64,000 bases of DNA, taken from the NCBI RefSeq assembly GCF_011745625.1, contig NW_027191482.1, positions 62,001 to 126,000 on the forward strand, read 5' to 3'. This DNA comes from Cladosporium halotolerans (Eukaryota). Below are positions 58,823-64,000 of this stretch, piece by piece. The translations under genes and the position numbers were made by a program. The notes under the pieces were generated by a model that did not search any database, was not told the origin of the DNA, and saw only the letters and a program-made list of their open reading frames with translations. Each line of letters begins with the position of its first letter. The first letter of the stretch is position 1.

Positions 58823-59807
58823 TCACCCAGAAACACTCTCGCCTTCTCTCTCCGACTTGCGCAAGGGAGACGCAGCTTTCGGAAGCCATCTGCCAGGATG
58901 CCAATACGTGAAAAGAAACACGGCCACCACGATCGGCGCGAACTCGAGGCATCCAAAGAACACCTCATGCGTTGAAAGATTCTGCAAAAGTCCTTCCGCA
59001 GTCTCCGCCAACCGGAAGCAGGTCCTCAGATACACTGCGAGAGTTGCGACCACGAGCGCCGCGACAAAGCTTCTGCTGATCGTCGTCGGACTCTTCCTAG
59101 CCTTGACCAAGGTCCAGAAAAGGACGACAAGGAACACTGCAAACGAGAATACCTGGAACGCAAGACCCGCAAGTAAGATGTTGTTCGGTGTCGTGGGATC
59201 CTCTTGATTGGAGTATGCGACGCCAACTAGAGCTGCGCCTGCAATTTGGATGATCGTTGCGGCGACGTCGCAGACAATGAAGATCCAGAGAATGAGCTTC
59301 GGTGGCATCGGCGCGTATTGTCTACCATAGACGTTGATCATGACCGAGACGAGAGAGTAAATCGCTGCTGAGAAGAAGACTGGCGCGACGACGATGAAGA
59401 AGTACTATTGCGTCTTAGCGACAGTGTATCAAAGTACTTCAGCGCATCGCATTGGCTTACCTGGATCACAAACCATATCACAGAGTATGGGTCTTGTTGA
59501 CTGGAAAGTATTCGGAACGCATAGCCGACGATCTCCATGGCTGTCCCGATTACTACTGTGCTGAAGTACCACGTCCGATGGCGAATGAGCAAATACAGAT
59601 GTGCTGCGAGTCCAATGACGAAAAGTATCACGCCCAGGAGTCCCACGGCAAGAGAAGGGGTGTATCTAGCACAGTGGTTAGTAATGAGAATATCTTTGTG
59701 ATCTCGGGCCACACAAACCCGTAAATAATGATAGAAGCATCATTCGGACCCATTGGATTGGGAAAATTAGGGTCGACATAACCCTGCACAGGCGGTTGTG
59801 AAGCCAT
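58823..59807 (-). CDS. RTA1-like (lipid-translocating exporter) membrane protein
   Basis: YGYTPS, MEIVGYAFR, CDVAATIIQIAG, LAGLAFQ and RTCFRLAETAEG motifs; introns 59666-59718 and 59405-59460. Confidence 0.9.
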
Positions 59808-60539
59808 TGGCGAAGAATGAATGGGATCCCGTTTTGCTTGTGGTGTAGGAAGACTCTCGAACGAAGTTGGTGAATCCTGCCACGAAACACTCACAAACCC
59901 ATCGATCAGGGCAACGTAGCCCTTTATGAGTACCACTACGGCAGATTCTAGGCTACCTGATTACTTCATAAGTCAGCAGAGGCGTTGAAGGCCCGTGCTC
60001 TCTATACGCACTTCCACATTGGGCTAGCGCAAACCTAACAAGCGAAGATCGCTTCTTGCGATCGACGTGGGAGCTGCAATCCTTTTCCTGCACCAAGGCG
60101 TATCGCTTCATGGGGCAATTAGCGTATGCACAGCCCTGTGAGGACGTGGGACTTTGGTTCAAGCAGGATGAATTTGTGGTAAAAAGTTGATCCGTCATCC
60201 AGGAGATTCACTCGTATGTCACCGGCAGTATGGTCCAGCGCCCCTAAACTCCTCTCCTGTTCCATGGAAGTCTTGTTTGGGCGCTCGAAGGATATTGCAT
60301 TCCACATGGAGACCCCTTGAAGGTCTTTGGCTTTTCATCGAAAATCAGTAGCCTGTTGTCCTCTCCCTTGGACGATTCATATCTGGTCCCTGTCTAAAGA
60401 GCCTCAGAGCTTGTTATACTGGAGAAGAACAGAATACAAATTGATCTCGGATGCTCCATGGGGACCTGATAGAGCCCATTGACGTGACCTTAAGGTCTCG
60501 CGCAAAAGCATTTTAGCCCCTATGGGTACAAGCAGCGCC

Positions 60540-61904
60540 TTATGGAGGCTGTGCAGCCAGAACACTATCCACCATACGTGTCGCAGCTCCCAAGTAGTTG
60601 CTAGGCTCACACAGCTCCCGTAGCCTCTCGACGCTGACGACGCTCGTCACCTCAAGCTGCTTCTGTAGTGTCCCAAGTAGCGTCGTTTCGCCGCTCCCTT
60701 CGATAGTCTGCTTGCAGGCCTCATATACAATATCGTGGGCCCTCTGCCGTCCTACACTCTGCGCAAGCTCCATCATCACAGCCTCAGCGACAATCAACCC
60801 CCTGGTCGAGTCCAAGTTGCGCTTCATACTGTCCGTATTGACGACAAGCCCCGCCAGCGCAAAATCAGTCTGCGCCAAAGCACCAACAGCGACCACGAAA
60901 GACTCCGGCACTGCAACCCACTCAAGATGCCAGGGGCCAGTGGCCCGCTCGAAATCCGTGAGCATCGCATCAAGGCACAAGCTCGCATTCGACCGCAGGA
61001 TCTTTGACGCTGCCAGAATGACTTCCGAGGAGATGGGGTTGCGCTTTTGCGGCATCGTCGAGCTGGCGCCGCGGTGAGGCACGAAAGGCTCGCTGACCTC
61101 GCTTACTTCGTTCGAAGACATGAAGATGAGGTCCGTCGCGATCTTGCCTAGCGTGCCTCCGACCAGCGCGAGGAAGTTGGTCGTTTCGGCTATGCCGTCT
61201 CGTGCTGCGTGCCAGGTGATGACTGGGTCGTGCAAGTCCAGCTCACGCGCAAGCGCGGCGCGGGCTTTCAGTCCGATGTCTGTGTCATTCCCGAGCGAGG
61301 CGAGTGTCCCTGCTGCTCCGCCAAATTGAACGAGTAGGCATCTCGGCTTGAGCTGTTCTAGGCGCTCAATGTGTCTTTGTACGCTGGAGAGGTAGACTGC
61401 ACACTTATAGCCGAAAGTGACTGGTAATGCATGTTGTAGATGGGTGCGGCCGGCCATTTCAGTGTGACGGTGGGTCCCGCAGATCGTTTCGAGGGTGGAA
61501 GCTATTTTCTTAAGCTGTCTCTCGACTAGATCGAGGCCACTGCGTATCTGCAGCACAGTCGCAGTGTCCATGATGTCCTGCGTGGTTGCTCCCCAGTGCA
61601 CATATCCGCCGGCATCGTCTCCGCAAGTTGCAGACAGCTGCTTCACGAGGGGTGCGATAGGATACCCGACGATTTCAGTTTCCCGTGACAGCTGCTCGTA
61701 ATCCAGATGGAGGGAGGCACACAATGTGGTGATAGTGCTTGCAGCTTGCTTGGGGATGATTCCGACCTCAGCTTGGGCTCTTGCCAGAGCTGTCTCCACG
61801 TCGACGCATCGCTGTATGAATGCTTTGTCGTCGAAGATTGCTCGGATATTTTCAGTACCAAAGAGATTCTTGAACAGCAAAGAGTCAATTGCGCTGACGG
61901 GCAT
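60540..61904 (-). CDS. Fumarase/aspartase-superfamily lyase, PcaB (3-carboxy-cis,cis-muconate cycloisomerase)/adenylosuccinate lyase-like
   Basis: YVHWGATTQDIMDTA, MAGRTHLQHA, QFGGAAGTLASL and the SSTMPQKRNP signature; intronless. Confidence 0.88.
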   Translation of the reverse strand: MPVSAIDSLLFKNLFGTENIRAIFDDKAFIQRCVDVETALARAQAEVGIIPKQAASTITTLCASLHLDYEQLSRETEIVGYPIAPLVKQLSATCGDDAGGYVHWGATTQDIMDTATVLQIRSGLDLVERQLKKIASTLETICGTHRHTEMAGRTHLQHALPVTFGYKCAVYLSSVQRHIERLEQLKPRCLLVQFGGAAGTLASLGNDTDIGLKARAALARELDLHDPVITWHAARDGIAETTNFLALVGGTLGKIATDLIFMSSNEVSEVSEPFVPHRGASSTMPQKRNPISSEVILAASKILRSNASLCLDAMLTDFERATGPWHLEWVAVPESFVVAVGALAQTDFALAGLVVNTDSMKRNLDSTRGLIVAEAVMMELAQSVGRQRAHDIVYEACKQTIEGSGETTLLGTLQKQLEVTSVVSVERLRELCEPSNYLGAATRMVDSVLAAQPP

Positions 61905-62344
61905 TTTCTCGGGACTGCCCTTGTGGTCGCCGGGACTAGCCTCTGGATGAATTCGCGACGGGGTTTGCTCTCGACGTATTGAACGAAATATGCTGCAGTG
62001 CACTTAATTGACCAAAACGATTCTCGATCAATGAAAATGAGCTCAAGTATTGTACACTGAGTTGTCATAGCCTAGCCTTCTGTCTTTGACGAAGTCGTTT
62101 ACGAGAGTAGTGATCGCACAAACGACCTATGAGCTTCCGATGTCGGTTGAGCTTCGTACAGTCTCCACTTCTCGGACATACTACACACCACGGTGTGCAA
62201 AAAGTAGAAAATCGACAAGTACGAGATCCATCCCATCGGAGATGACAAGAATACCGTCAGAAAGCTTTCCGCTTTGTGGTCACAGCTAGGGTGACCTAAT
62301 GATCACAAAAAATGTCTATCTGAAAAGACTAATGTACATGGCCA

Positions 62345-63704
62345 TTAAGGGAAGAGACTCGTGATCTTCCTTCCACCATTAGGAAGCTTACACCTCAAGA
62401 TCGCACCTGGATGCTCTCTCGAATCCACCCCAAAGTTCCAGTCCGGCTGGTAATAAAGCTGGTTGATGTTGAGATAGATGTACCCGTCGGCACCAACGCT
62501 GGCACCATCAGGCCAGAGAATGCGAGGGTCGCGGACGAACGGGTTCGTCTTGCCGTTGCCGCTAGGAGTCGAGTCGTAGAAGTAGACTGCGTTCGACTCC
62601 GGCATGAGCTGGTAGACCAGGCCGTTGTTGTCGCCTTCGAAGCCGTTGGCGTCGCCGCCCCGCTGGCCGTGGTCGCTGACGTTGCTGTGAGCATTGAGCT
62701 CGGCGGCTGGGTTGCTGTCGCGCTCGCGGAGGTTGGCGGTAGGGACGGAGTAGAGGCGTTTGGAGGTGAGAGGGGAGTAGTAAATTCTCTCGCCGTCGGG
62801 GGTGATTTGGATACCGTCAAGGCCCTCCAAGAGCCAGCGGCTTGGCCTGCCAACTTGCTCGAAGTAGAACGGGTGGCCGACGTAAGAGGGGACGTCGTTC
62901 TGTCCGCGCAGGACTGAACGGTCTTGGTCAAGTCGGCGCCAGCTCTCTCCGGTTCCAAGATCAACCATGATGAAGCCAAGGCGACCATCGTCGGAGCTGT
63001 CAACAAGGTAGGCAATACCTTTGCCGGAAGTGCCCGTCACATTAGGCCGCAGGTCAAACCGTAGATCGTTCAGGTAAGAACTAGGGTAGTGCACATTCGA
63101 CGGGAAGGTGAAAGTCTGGTAGATGGTGTTGTTGGCCAGCGAGATGGCAACCAGTTTCGGTCCACCGGGCTGAGCATATGGCATGGACGGCTCGCCTTGT
63201 CCATTGTGGATCGTTGGACGGCCTGTGTCAATTGCCCACAAAGTCTCCGGTCTGCCAGTTGCATTGGACTCCGGAGTGACGTAGACTGCTTGCACTGAGA
63301 TAAAAGCGCTGGAGTTGCCAGAGCCGAAGTCGATACCATTCCAGCTGGTGTTGAGCTGATCAACCGGAAGGTTGAGCTCAAGAGAGGGGTACGCTTCCTC
63401 TGCGGTTTGGTTCACGACAACACCAAGTGTGTAGCGGTAGTCGCCACGTGTGTACGTTGTGAAAATGCGCCCATCAGAGGCGGCTGCAATGCCAATGGGC
63501 CATTGATCATAATCTGCCGACTCCAATTAGAGACCGACGCCAGGTTTCAGCTTTCTGCGAATACCTACAGTAGTGCACTTCTTCGATCTCTGGTCCGTAG
63601 GTGCCGTTGTCGACGCGCAACCTTGTACCAGAGCTGTTCTGATAAGTCACTTGTGCTGTTGCACCAATGCCCAATGCAAGGGCCGCAATCGCAGAAAACA
63701 ACAT
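62345..63704 (-). CDS. Secreted major royal jelly protein (MRJP/yellow) family protein
   Basis: Signal peptide MLFSAIAALALGIGATA; intron 63514-63568; LWAIDTG, YLNDLRFD, DGIQITPDGERIYYSPL and DPRILWPD motifs. Confidence 0.88.
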
Positions 63705-64000
63705 TGTGAGGGATGATTGTGTTGGATTGCGAGGGAGGAGACGCACGGCTGTTACTACCATTGCCTTATGTATGAGCTATTCGCCCACGCTGCTTTCGTC
63801 ATGATGGCCGGCCGTCGACATGCCGCCAGGTCCGACATGGCTGCTAGCGGAACATCAATCCGGTGCCGAACCGTGTCCATCGCAGCAAAACGTCGATGGT
63901 AATTCCAGGGTTGAAGTCATTGATGCTGGAGTTGAGTGGAGATGATGGAGATGACGCAGTGATCGACATGATGTTGCGTTTGTCGTGGAGTTTGAAGTTC

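Overview
Gene-dense, intron-containing fungal genomic DNA. It is a filamentous ascomycete, probably a Dothideomycete; this is inferred from gene content (eEF3, Zn2Cys6 factor, RTA1, DUF1348), short introns with CTRAC branch sites and a RIP signature. I can support about 29 protein-coding genes, including IPI1, a dynein roadblock chain, a peroxiredoxin, a Btz protein, NBR1, UBC12, a MOSC protein, SHB17-like, SRY1-like, a CE4 deacetylase, MCM1, two MFS transporters, eEF3, a TPP enzyme, SEN1, RTA1, a PcaB-like lyase and an MRJP protein. There is also one intron-containing tRNA-Ala(AGC) and two pseudogenes. Four features are not visible in the ORF track. (1) A 9-exon gene (19767-22449, minus) encodes a secreted protein with about 107 Gly-X-Y collagen triplets and a C-terminal 8-Cys WSC domain, a collectin-like layout. 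(2) That gene is best assembled using three AT-AC introns (ATAAGT...CTRAC...AC) and microexons of 10-37 nt. (3) The sugar transporter contains a [D1,2] stwintron (intron inside an intron) at 28094-28232. (4) An ~0.8 kb RIP island sits inside an otherwise intact host membrane-protein gene. All splice models were derived by hand from the sequence and need RNA evidence.
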